From a virus (Duplodnaviria > Heunggongvirae > Uroviricota > Caudoviricetes > Crassvirales), in the IMG/VR virus record IMGVR_UViG_3300012956_000013: a stretch of DNA of 21,922 bases, one strand, 5' to 3'. The position numbers were made by a program, and so were the translations under genes. Under the pieces are notes generated by a model. The model had not been told where the DNA came from. It saw only the letters and a program-made list of their open reading frames with translations, and searched no databases. This document shows, piece after piece, positions 1 to 7,720 of the stretch; position 1 is the stretch's first letter; the number at the start of each line of letters is the position of its first letter.

Positions 1-504
1 TTTATCAGTCTTCTTTAGTGTAAAATTTATATCAATATCCTTAGTTACAAAGGAATCTGTATGAGGTGTCTCTATGGCAGAGTCTCTATAGTATGCTATG
101 ACATCTTTACATACTCTCTCTACGGAGTCTTCAAATCTCTTCATGCGGAGGGTATCTACCCAACTAATCTCTAATGTATCTATATGGGTAGTTGTACGAC
201 CTCTATAGTATGCTATAACATCTCTGTTCTTCTTATCCTTCTTCTTCAAGTCAAAGATAGAGTCTGTCAGATTCCTAATAGCTGATTGTGAGGAAGTTAT
301 AATAGATTTCTGTGAGTAGATGGTATCTCCCTTCTTATTTAGAAGTGTTTGGAGTGTCTGCTTATCCAACTCTGACTGAGCAATAATGTTCTCCTTCTCT
401 CTTTTTAAGGAAGAGGAACATTTACTTAGGAAGAATACTACTATCAATAATAGTGCTATTATAATCCTCTCTGTAGTTATTTTGAAATTCCTAATAGTTT
501 GCAT
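1..504 (-). CDS. Membrane-anchored protein, partial (runs off the left edge); possibly i-spanin-like
   Basis: Hand translation from ATG at 504 stays open to base 1 (168 codons): MQTIRNFKITTERIIIALLLIVVFFLSKCSSSLKREKENIIAQSELDK... One N-terminal hydrophobic helix, then a helical polar region. Absent from the ORF track. Function is a guess. Confidence 0.7.
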   Translation of the reverse strand, partial: MQTIRNFKITTERIIIALLLIVVFFLSKCSSSLKREKENIIAQSELDKQTLQTLLNKKGDTIYSQKSIITSSQSAIRNLTDSIFDLKKKDKKNRDVIAYYRGRTTTHIDTLEISWVDTLRMKRFEDSVERVCKDVIAYYRDSAIETPHTDSFVTKDIDINFTLKKTDK

Positions 505-1166
505 ATATATCTAAATGTGTTTACATCCTTACATTCTCCTGAATATTGTGGGGTCAATTCGTTTCTCAAGGCAGTTTGATGTAGTAGTATCCAATTTTGG
601 TCATTATAATGTAGAATAACAGGGTTTCCTACTTTAGGGACTTTCTGAAATTTATACCAATGTATATCCCTTATATAGTCTTCTAATAAATCCCATCCAT
701 CAGCTTCTATTTGTTCTTTAGTTAGATAGGGAACTCTTATAGGAATAGGATTTGTCCCTTCAATAGCTCCATAAACTTCCATTAAATCACCTTCCCCATC
801 TCTACCAACCCAAGTATCTTTAATTATAAACTTAGTCCATCCTCCATTAAGATATTTTAATTCACATTCATATCCTACTCTTATATCCTCTATTTGAGGG
901 GTAAAATATTTATCTCGCATATTGTTTAGATGCTTTAATTCATATAAAGGAGGTTTAACATACTCATGATTTGCTAATGTGGAAACCGGAGGAGTATTGA
1001 TATTAACAGTATCTGTGGGTGGTCTGGCAAGGTCTTTACTAGCTTCTTCAAAATAAAGTCTTATCAATTCAGGATAAGCTTTACTTATAGTTGTTAATTC
1101 TGCTAAGGTTAAAGAAGTGTAGTCTTCCTTGATTCTTCGTGCTATTTTCTCTATTTCATCTCTCAT
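477..1166 (-). CDS. Hypothetical phage protein (229 aa)
   Basis: Long ORF overlapping both neighbours in the leftward operon; no recognised domain. Confidence 0.8.
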   Translation of the reverse strand: MRDEIEKIARRIKEDYTSLTLAELTTISKAYPELIRLYFEEASKDLARPPTDTVNINTPPVSTLANHEYVKPPLYELKHLNNMRDKYFTPQIEDIRVGYECELKYLNGGWTKFIIKDTWVGRDGEGDLMEVYGAIEGTNPIPIRVPYLTKEQIEADGWDLLEDYIRDIHWYKFQKVPKVGNPVILHYNDQNWILLHQTALRNELTPQYSGECKDVNTFRYICKLLGISK

Positions 1167-1402
1167 TTCTTTTCTTTATTATTTAGTGATATCGTTCCAG
1201 AAGATGTTTTAAGACGAGAGTATATTGTATCTTCATATTCATCATTTGTTATAATAACATGATTTCCAGAGCGTTCCCTAACAATTTTCGAAAAGTTTTC
1301 AATATCCTTCATATTAGTATCTACCTCTATACGTATATCAGAGGAGTACGGGAACATATTCTTCAACTCATTTATAATACGCACATAATCATCTCTTTTC
1401 AT
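1163..1402 (-). CDS. Hypothetical protein (79 aa)
   Basis: ORF with a 4-nt stop/start overlap with the downstream gene. Confidence 0.7.
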   Translation of the reverse strand: MKRDDYVRIINELKNMFPYSSDIRIEVDTNMKDIENFSKIVRERSGNHVIITNDEYEDTIYSRLKTSSGTISLNNKEKK

Positions 1403-1571
1403 TTCTCTTAAATTTACTCTTTACAAAAAGAAGGGACTTGCCCTCATAGGTAAGCATCTCTAAATTCCTAGAATGACACAAATTATCCAATTTTCCAGAT
1501 GAGGGAAGTACATCAAAGTAGTATACTCTCCATCCCTTATCTATCATATCATTAATCAATTGTTTAAACAT
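1389..1571 (-). CDS. Hypothetical protein (60 aa, start revised to ATG at 1571), probably leaderless
   Basis: MFKQLINDMIDKGWRVYY...; the ATG lies 4 nt after a TAnnTTTG promoter element. Confidence 0.7.
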   Translation of the reverse strand: MFKQLINDMIDKGWRVYYFDVLPSSGKLDNLCHSRNLEMLTYEGKSLLFVKSKFKRNEKR

Positions 1572-1575
1572 AAAG

Positions 1576-1607
1576 CAAAAATAAGATATAAAAGAACGCA
1601 ATCCAAA
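1576..1607 (-). promoter_or_regulatory. Bacteroidota housekeeping-sigma promoter (-33/-7)
   Basis: Minus strand reads TTTG (1607-1604), 20 nt, TATTTTTG (1583-1576), matching the established TTTG-N19-21-TAnnTTTG consensus. Confidence 0.7.
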
Positions 1608-1870
1608 GATATAGAGACATGTTAACAACAAATTAACGTATTAAATTAATATGTATGGAAAATAGAGGTATACAGAAAGAAGAATAGGTACTTACCTATA
1701 AGATACCCCCTCCCTTAAAGGTACCCTCCTGATAAGTATCCCCCTACCTTTGGTTTCAAAATTTTTTGTATGGAGAATGCTGGAGTACACTTCCACAAAA
1801 TACGACTACTAGTTGTAGGGGAGTGACTGTACCCCCGTTAACAAATTTAATAAAAATTAAAATTTACAAA

Positions 1871-2335
1871 ATGAAATTATTCTCAAAAAAAGACGCTCCT
1901 AAAAAGAGAGTGAAAAACGTGTGGGCAAATGGTCTTTCAGGTACAGAATTTGAAAACCTGAAGAAATTGGACGGATTGACCCTTCAGGAAGGTATCACTG
2001 TCCTGAAAGCTGAAGATTTGTCCTTCGGACAGATGAATCTAAAGAACGGTGACGCAGTTCCTGTTATGGTTTTTAAACGTGGAATGCAGAACCTTATCGT
2101 ATCGTACAGTCGTCCATTCATAGAGCAGGAAGCTCATGAAAATAAGGATGAGCTGTTGAAAGGTGAGTTTCACATTTCCGTTAAACCGGAAACAAGTGAT
2201 GACGAGGGGAACGTAGTTCCTTCCCGTGAAATCATTTCGTTTGGATTTGCTTCTGACCCTGACGTTGACGGTCTCCAATCAGCTTACGCTGATGAAGGCG
2301 TGGAAATCACAGCCGGAAGTAAAGAAGAGGAATAA
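1871..2335 (+). CDS. Hypothetical protein with acidic C-terminal tail (154 aa; start revised to 1871)
   Basis: An A-rich leader precedes ATG 1871 (MKLFSKKDAPKK...); ends ...DSDEGN...DPDVDG...GSKEEE-type acidic sequence; many C-ending codons. Confidence 0.85.
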   Translation: MKLFSKKDAPKKRVKNVWANGLSGTEFENLKKLDGLTLQEGITVLKAEDLSFGQMNLKNGDAVPVMVFKRGMQNLIVSYSRPFIEQEAHENKDELLKGEFHISVKPETSDDEGNVVPSREIISFGFASDPDVDGLQSAYADEGVEITAGSKEEE

Positions 2336-2343
2336 TCCTCTTC

Positions 2344-2361
2344 TTTCCCCTTCGGGGGAAA
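2344..2361 (+). terminator. C(UUCG)G hairpin after the acidic-tail gene (terminator or stabilising stem)
   Basis: TTTCCCC-TTCG-GGGGAAA, 7 bp, 8 nt after the stop; no downstream U-tract on the + strand. Confidence 0.45.
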
Positions 2362-2364
2362 ATT

Positions 2365-2422
2365 ATGCGAGCTTTGGGGGATATCTGAATACTTGGAGGA
2401 TATCGGGCCCCAAAGCGAGCAT
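2365..2422 (+). ncRNA. Unassigned long hairpin
   Basis: ATGC/GCAT, GCTTTGGGG (2371-2379)/CCCCAAAGC (2408-2416), GATATC/GATATC, 13-nt loop. Confidence 0.35.
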
Positions 2423-2773
2423 AAATTACTAAAAAATAATTAAAAAACATCTTTAAAATATTGCTAATCAGTTGATTACAGTCTATATACTGGTTACAGG
2501 GAGGGAAAATGAAATGATAGTAAAGTGGTTGCCAACTTGCCGAGAAAAAGTTGGGTGCCTAGATGACTAGGGAAGCTACAACAGGCGTTATGACTTATAA
2601 ATGGGTCTAAATCGTGCGATAATAGTAGCAAATGTGGGAAAATGTGGAGAAAAGTGGGAAGAGATATAGGGTTATAATACCCATCTATCATTTCTCACAA
2701 CTCATTGATAACCAATCCTTTGAATTTTAGGGTTGGTGTAGTATATAACAATAATCACTAAAAACCCAATAAT

Positions 2774-2968
2774 ATGAACCACAAAACAATGTCACCCAAA
2801 GAAAAGATTCAAAGGTATAAGGATTTAATAAAAGAGATGGCTGAGCTACTTAGTAAACAAAGCTACTCACAAACTGAGTGGAATGAATTACATAAAGAAG
2901 CACAACATCTTGATAATGAGATTGGTGAATGGAAAAGAGCGTTAGAAAATGAATCTAGGTGGGGTTAA
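2774..2968 (+). CDS. Small coiled-coil hypothetical protein (64 aa)
   Basis: A-rich leader; heptad-like charged sequence. Confidence 0.75.
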   Translation: MNHKTMSPKEKIQRYKDLIKEMAELLSKQSYSQTEWNELHKEAQHLDNEIGEWKRALENESRWG

Positions 2969-2969
2969 T

Positions 2970-3960
2970 TAAACGGGCTCTTGTCTATATCATGATATGT
3001 ATTGGTAGACTTTTTGGGTTTACCAATACTTATATTGTAAATAATCACTTATGTATAAGTTACAGGTTACATTACATCACACTGATAATCCTTGGTGGAT
3101 TACTATCCAAGCGTCATCAGATGGTGAAGCTCGCACAAAGGCTTATTGTGAGAATCCTAGTTATCAGATATTGTGTTGTAAGGAGTGGGATGGAATTGAG
3201 GGTTCTTATTTTAACTAGCCAAAGGGCTCTTGTCTCTAGGTTGCCTAGCAAGAGCTTATCTATGTAATCAGTAAATCCTAATATATGCGTATTACTAGCA
3301 AGAAGAACATTTCAGCTTATGTATATAAAAAGCTATGGTTTATGATGGATTCTCATCCTCGTACTGTTAGACGTAAATTGCGGGGATATAGGAATATGAG
3401 GAGAAATCGTAGCTTCTTTGGGTACATAGAGCATAAGATAATGTTGAGAGAATGGTAAAAGATGGACAGTCACCTTTGTTATTAGTGGTGCTCTTGAACA
3501 AAAAGAGTAAACGTCTACATGGATACGGCCAATAATAACAATTTTATTAACACACCATTCTCACGTAGATATAAGCATCTTGAAGCAATAATTCATAGGC
3601 CAAGATGTGAAACTACCTGATTAACAAATCGAAAGGTTTACACTGTCTCTATGAATTAACATTAATGGTTTACGGGGAAAATGACAAACTGAACCGTAGT
3701 AGAATGTTGCAGGATACAATATTTACATTAGTTGCAGTAATATTCATAGTGTTAATCAGCTCCCAAGGGTGAGCAGTTATAATAGCTTAAAAAGCTTTGC
3801 TATTATAACTGAGTGTGGAGGGGTAAATGCTTCTCGTTCTATAGAAGGTTGGGGACGTATCCTTGATTATCCAGTAATAGAGTAATTCTCTATGCAACAT
3901 GAAAATTAGAACTATCATGGTTCAAAATGTAGGTGTGCTGGATAATTAAGGTATTAGTGC
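2970..3960 (+). ncRNA. Candidate large structured non-coding RNA block, family unknown
   Basis: No convincing ORF. Helices include GAGAATGGT/ACCATTCTC (3' arm 3554-3562), CTGATTAACA 3617-3626/TGTTAATCAG 3750-3759, CAGTTATAATAGC 3774-3786/GCTATTATAACTG 3799-3811 and GATTATCCAGT 3865-3875/GCTGGATAATT 3937-3947. Strand assumed from flanking genes. Confidence 0.5.
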
Positions 3961-3994
3961 GAGTAAATACAAATGAAATTAAAAATGACTTCAA

Positions 3995-4180
3995 ATGAAA
4001 CTACTAATACTACTAATTCTGTTATTGTCCTCATGCAGAACAGAATTTGTCACTCAAAAGGGTGACATCCTTATCTATAAGAATAAGGTAAGGGTAATCA
4101 AGACAGGAGAGCCTAAAGTGCTTCCTAAGGATACAATCCTTAAGCTTGATTTAATTTACAGAAGAGTTAAACATATTTAA
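3995..4180 (+). CDS. Putative small lipoprotein (61 aa)
   Basis: MKLLILLILLLSSC: basic N-terminus, hydrophobic core and lipobox LSSC. Confidence 0.7.
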   Translation: MKLLILLILLLSSCRTEFVTQKGDILIYKNKVRVIKTGEPKVLPKDTILKLDLIYRRVKHI

Positions 4181-4201
4181 TAACCAATAAAACCCACAGT
4201 T

Positions 4202-4390
4202 ATGACTACTGTAACCGAAAAGAAAGGTTTAATTAACCTTAAAAAAGACATGTTGGTCTCTGTAGCCCAACAAAAAGGAATCGAAGTCCCCAAAAACTCC
4301 ACTAAAGCAGAGATTGTTACTCTCATTGAGAAAAACAATAAAACTGCTGAGAAAGGGAGTGTGGATTCACAGTACAATGGTGAATACTAA
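4202..4390 (+). CDS. HeH/LEM- or Rho-N-like small nucleic-acid-binding protein (62 aa)
   Basis: LKKDMLVSVAQQKGIEVPKNSTKAEIVTLI fits the helix-extension-helix pattern (L...L...A...GI......K.ei...i). Confidence 0.6.
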   Translation: MTTVTEKKGLINLKKDMLVSVAQQKGIEVPKNSTKAEIVTLIEKNNKTAEKGSVDSQYNGEY

Positions 4391-5028
4391 TGAAACGGGG
4401 ATATCGTGCTTTAAGGGATTGTGTATTCCATAATCCCTTAGCACTACCTTTGTTCCCTAATAATATGGTAAATATTGCCAGCAACATGTTACCTTACCAA
4501 ATCGGAATAGAGGTAGAATGCAGTTTTAAAGATGGGACACGTTCGATGTGTGATGTTAATCTGGGGGATATAGTATCAGAATTAGGAATTGTGAATTACA
4601 CTTGGGATATATCAGAGCAGAGGTTCAGAATAAAAAGTGGGGTAGCTGGTATGATTGGATTATATAATGTCTGTGAGTATCTTAAGAAGGAGTGTTATCT
4701 TAATAATATGAGTGGTATTCATTATCATGTAGGTATAGGATATCCTAGTATAGAAAAGTTATATACAAGATTGTGTGGTGGTACTATAGAACAAAGAAAG
4801 ATTGTAGATATGATACTCCCTGAGTTAGATAAGTGGGATTATAAGGGACAGTATAATTCAAGGTACGTAAGTCCTGAGAAATCATTAGCTTGGGTAAATA
4901 TAAGAAGAAGAATGGGTACTGTAGAATATAGGATTGGGGAAATGACATTTGATTACTCTGTTATGATTAATAGGATATTGCATGTTTCTTCCATCTCGTC
5001 AAAAGTAATAAAAAATATAAACGCCTAA
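4390..5028 (+). CDS. Putative amidoligase (COOH-NH2 ligase, Amidoligase_2-like)
   Basis: Ordered motifs IGIEVE, SGIHYHVG and TVEYR; TAATG coupling to the upstream gene. Confidence 0.75.
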   Translation: MKRGYRALRDCVFHNPLALPLFPNNMVNIASNMLPYQIGIEVECSFKDGTRSMCDVNLGDIVSELGIVNYTWDISEQRFRIKSGVAGMIGLYNVCEYLKKECYLNNMSGIHYHVGIGYPSIEKLYTRLCGGTIEQRKIVDMILPELDKWDYKGQYNSRYVSPEKSLAWVNIRRRMGTVEYRIGEMTFDYSVMINRILHVSSISSKVIKNINA

Positions 5029-5316
5029 AAATTTAAAACCATGACACACATAAGAGGTCCTGATTCATAATATAAATTAATATATTATGATAAAATTTAA
5101 TAGATAGACAAATTAGAAGGATAATGTGCAGTATCTGGTCAGATATTGCATGTGAATCCAAGCGTCTGTTAGTTCTCCAAGATTAACAGATGCATTCTTA
5201 CTGCTCCTTGGAGGGAGTAAGTGAATAAAATATTCGGTAGCAGGGAACTGTACACTCCTTGTAAATCCGGCCTTTAGACCGAGGCAACGAATTTGGAGGG
5301 TGAGAAATCATCCTCC

Positions 5317-5372
5317 TTCCGTCTGGTATTTGTATACCACTGATGATGGCTTAAATCAGAGCCGAAACGGAG
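5317..5372 (+). ncRNA. Type III hammerhead ribozyme
   Basis: Stem III TCCGT 5318-5322/ACGGA 5367-5371; GTC cleavage triplet 5321-5323; stem I TGGTAT/ATACCA with TTGT loop; core CTGATGA 5340-5346 plus one extra T; stem II GGCT/AGCC; GAAA 5364-5367. Confidence 0.9.
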
Positions 5373-5390
5373 TAAACAAAAATTAATTAT

Positions 5391-5522
5391 ATGAACTCTA
5401 TTATTAAAATCATTGGAGTATTTTTAATATTCATGATTGCCTTTATGTCTGGTCCTGTTGTGATGGTAATATTATTTGCTATTGGAGCAATTCTATCAGG
5501 ATATGACACTGACAAGGTTTAA
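5391..5522 (+). CDS. Small membrane protein (43 aa)
   Basis: MNSIIKIIGVFLIFMIAFMSGPVVMVILFAIGAILSGYDTDKV; AT-rich leader; shorter than any ORF in the track. Confidence 0.6.
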   Translation: MNSIIKIIGVFLIFMIAFMSGPVVMVILFAIGAILSGYDTDKV

Positions 5523-5656
5523 GATAGTGCTGCACATGAGATAATAAAGGAGTGTGAGAGCTCCCAAAAAATCTCGGTAGTGTCCTCAAACACTATGGGA
5601 TAATTCCCGGAGGGTAGTGGTCAGCAGATTGGTGTTGAACGACCTCTGATGATATT

Positions 5657-5693
5657 AGGAGTTGACCTATGTGGGTCGGCTCCTTCTATTTTG
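5657..5693 (+). terminator. Possible intrinsic terminator
   Basis: AGGAGTTGACCT-ATGT-GGGTCGGCTCCT (12 bp with G-U pairs), then TCTATTTTG. Confidence 0.45.
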
Positions 5694-5826
5694 TATTAAT
5701 TACCTGAGCATAATTGGTGGGTTGGTGAGTAGAATTAGTCTACTTAATTGTAGTCGGTGAGCATATACTCTCTTGGAAGGTCCATTAAGCCTTCTACTAA
5801 TTCTTTAACAACTAAAATATATTAAA

Positions 5827-6069
5827 ATGGAAAAAAATGTAACTTATCAGGTCATAAGTATCGACCCATTTATTGTTGAGTTTCATCATATAGATGGGAG
5901 AAAGAGAGAGGCCAGATATAAACGTGCCCTTACTCAAGAGGAGTTAGAGGGACAGGTAAAAACAATTTTTGATTGTGAAGTATCTATGTTCATAGAAGAA
6001 TATGGAGATGAACTCCTTCTTGTACAGGGGAAAAACACATTACTTCACCTACCAAAAGTAATTTTATGA
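5827..6069 (+). CDS. Hypothetical protein (80 aa)
   Basis: A-rich leader; ATGA overlap with the next gene. Confidence 0.75.
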   Translation: MEKNVTYQVISIDPFIVEFHHIDGRKREARYKRALTQEELEGQVKTIFDCEVSMFIEEYGDELLLVQGKNTLLHLPKVIL

Positions 6070-6311
6070 AACAGATACTTCAGATTGTGTTATTAGCAAT
6101 CATTTGTCTCATTATATTCAATAGGAAACAGAATTATCACTCCTGCAGATGGGATATGTGTCCATATAAAGGTATAACACCTAATGAATGGCACTCAAAA
6201 GTATCCAAATATACAGGAGAGAAATATTCTGACTCATGGTGTATAGATATGCTACATCTTGAGTATCCTGATAAGGAATATGATGAACTTGAAGATATAC
6301 TATTTAGATAA
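6066..6311 (+). CDS. Hypothetical membrane-anchored protein (81 aa)
   Basis: N-terminal hydrophobic helix (ILQIVLLAIICLIIF). Confidence 0.75.
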   Translation: MKQILQIVLLAIICLIIFNRKQNYHSCRWDMCPYKGITPNEWHSKVSKYTGEKYSDSWCIDMLHLEYPDKEYDELEDILFR

Positions 6312-6375
6312 AGGCAGTATGTGCATATTAGGGAAACTTGGATAGTGGAAAGAGAATTGCCCTAAAAGTTTTCCG

Positions 6376-6405
6376 AAGGAGTCTATTAACTTAGGCTCCT
6401 TTTTT
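6376..6405 (+). terminator. Intrinsic terminator
   Basis: AAGGAGTCTA-TTAACT-TAGGCTCCTT followed by a T-run. Confidence 0.7.
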
Positions 6406-6443
6406 GTTTAAAACTAATTAATCAACCAAATAAAATACCAATT

Positions 6444-6602
6444 ATGAATGCTTGGAGTAAAGTAAAAGTTAATAAAAAGAAAAAGAGGCTAGTAGGAATG
6501 CTTACGGATAAGCTAATCAGTAGTGTAATGCCTATAGGAGGAGACCCATTTCCCTCTAAAACAAGCCCTACATTTGCAAAAATCACCAAAACAAGAAAAT
6601 AA
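6444..6602 (+). CDS. Small basic protein (52 aa)
   Basis: MNAWSKVKVNKKKKRLVGMLTDK...; A-rich leader; TAATG coupling to the gene at 6602; absent from the ORF track. Confidence 0.6.
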   Translation: MNAWSKVKVNKKKKRLVGMLTDKLISSVMPIGGDPFPSKTSPTFAKITKTRK

Positions 6603-6802
6603 TGGTATACACTGAAACTACTACCCAACAAGTAGTATTTGATAAAACGGATATCCTTAATTGGGCAAAAACGTTTGCTGCCAGACAAATGGGAGTAGAT
6701 GCTGCCAACCTAAAGGATGAAGATATCAAAGTTGTTGGGGGAGATATCCTTATTACAGTCACCTGTATAAGGGAATCATCAAACAAAAAGGAGGAAATAT
6801 GA
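6602..6802 (+). CDS. Hypothetical protein (66 aa)
   Basis: Translationally coupled on both sides. Confidence 0.75.
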   Translation: MVYTETTTQQVVFDKTDILNWAKTFAARQMGVDAANLKDEDIKVVGGDILITVTCIRESSNKKEEI

Positions 6803-7080
6803 AAACATTAGTAATTTATCCGGGGTCAGATGTACAAAAAGACTCTCCCTTTCACATATTAGACCCTGATACAGGAGAGTGTTTAGCAAGTCATTTCTGT
6901 AGTCACTCTGGTTTTGCAAAGAGTGATTTACATGATGGACGACCTGAACGCTTAATAGAGTGGGAGAAAGAGTTTGGCCAAAAGACTGAAGCCAAATTTA
7001 TAGATGAAACAGAATATGACTGGGAAGAAATCTATAAGAAAAATCAATCACTTAAACCAAAAAATGAAGTAGAAGATTAA
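6799..7080 (+). CDS. Hypothetical protein (93 aa)
   Basis: ATGA overlap upstream; followed by a terminator. Confidence 0.8.
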   Translation: MKTLVIYPGSDVQKDSPFHILDPDTGECLASHFCSHSGFAKSDLHDGRPERLIEWEKEFGQKTEAKFIDETEYDWEEIYKKNQSLKPKNEVED

Positions 7081-7111
7081 TACTTCTCGTTCGGAGTATT
7101 TGGTCAAGTCA

Positions 7112-7141
7112 AGCAGGAGGAGAAATTCTCCTGCTATTTTT
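7112..7141 (+). terminator. Intrinsic terminator
   Basis: AGCAGGAG-GAGAAATT-CTCCTGCT followed by ATTTTT. Confidence 0.7.
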
Positions 7142-7183
7142 AACTCATATTATGAGAGAGGTTAGCCTCATTAAGTCAGGTAA

Positions 7184-7720
7184 ATGAAATCATATACTGG
7201 AGAATTGGTAAAAAGAGATGTTCAAAAGATATCATTGACATCTAAACGCAAATCAATATTTGGATTGGGAGGACCCGATATCAACAGATATATAGGAGTA
7301 CTCAGGGATTTAGGGTATAGGGATATTACATTGTTTGAAAATAACCCAAAAGTGTACGAGAAACAGAAGAGGCAGAAGCCTAATTGTGATTTGATATTTG
7401 ATAATATTCTTAATCACTTGGGACATGAGGTATTCTATGACTTTGATTTTTGCTCAACGATGAGAAAAATAGAGCCTTACATGTTACAGATAATACGTAG
7501 TCCACAATATTCACTCACTCTTTCTTTAAGAGGAATGGGATATGAGGATACAATCTCAACATTCAGAAAATATACTGATGCAAAGTATATTAGTTACTTT
7601 GATACATCAGCCATGATAACTTTTTTTCAATCACTAACTAAAAAAGACAATTATGTCAAAAACAACAATCAATTTCTACTCTCCAAGAGAGGAGAGAGAA
7701 TTAAAGAAAATCATTGCTAA
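7184..7720 (+). CDS. Possible divergent class I SAM-dependent methyltransferase-fold protein (178 aa)
   Basis: Order of motifs: FGLGGP (Gly loop), ITLFEN (acidic residue ending strand 2), IFDNI, YDFDFC. Confidence 0.5.
   Translation: MKSYTGELVKRDVQKISLTSKRKSIFGLGGPDINRYIGVLRDLGYRDITLFENNPKVYEKQKRQKPNCDLIFDNILNHLGHEVFYDFDFCSTMRKIEPYMLQIIRSPQYSLTLSLRGMGYEDTISTFRKYTDAKYISYFDTSAMITFFQSLTKKDNYVKNNNQFLLSKRGERIKENHC

Noticed and set aside
1766-1870. Upstream extension of the acidic-tail ORF
   Set aside because: Runs through the hairpin/C-run region; ATG 1871 has the A-rich leader typical of this genome.
2959-3267. Track ORF of 102 aa
   Set aside because: The start overlaps the previous gene with no A-rich leader, and the region is made of hairpins; more likely non-coding.
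3750-3835. Twister ribozyme suggested by TCCCAAG and GTGGAGGG
   Set aside because: No UAA cleavage bulge with matching P1/P2 in any permutation I tried.
5255-5299. HDV-like (theta) ribozyme suggested by GGCAAC and CGAAT
   Set aside because: I could not build P1 or P1.1; the pairing fits a simple branched hairpin better.
5646-5695. Second hammerhead at CTGATGA
   Set aside because: No GAAA after the following stem and no stem III/NUH site.
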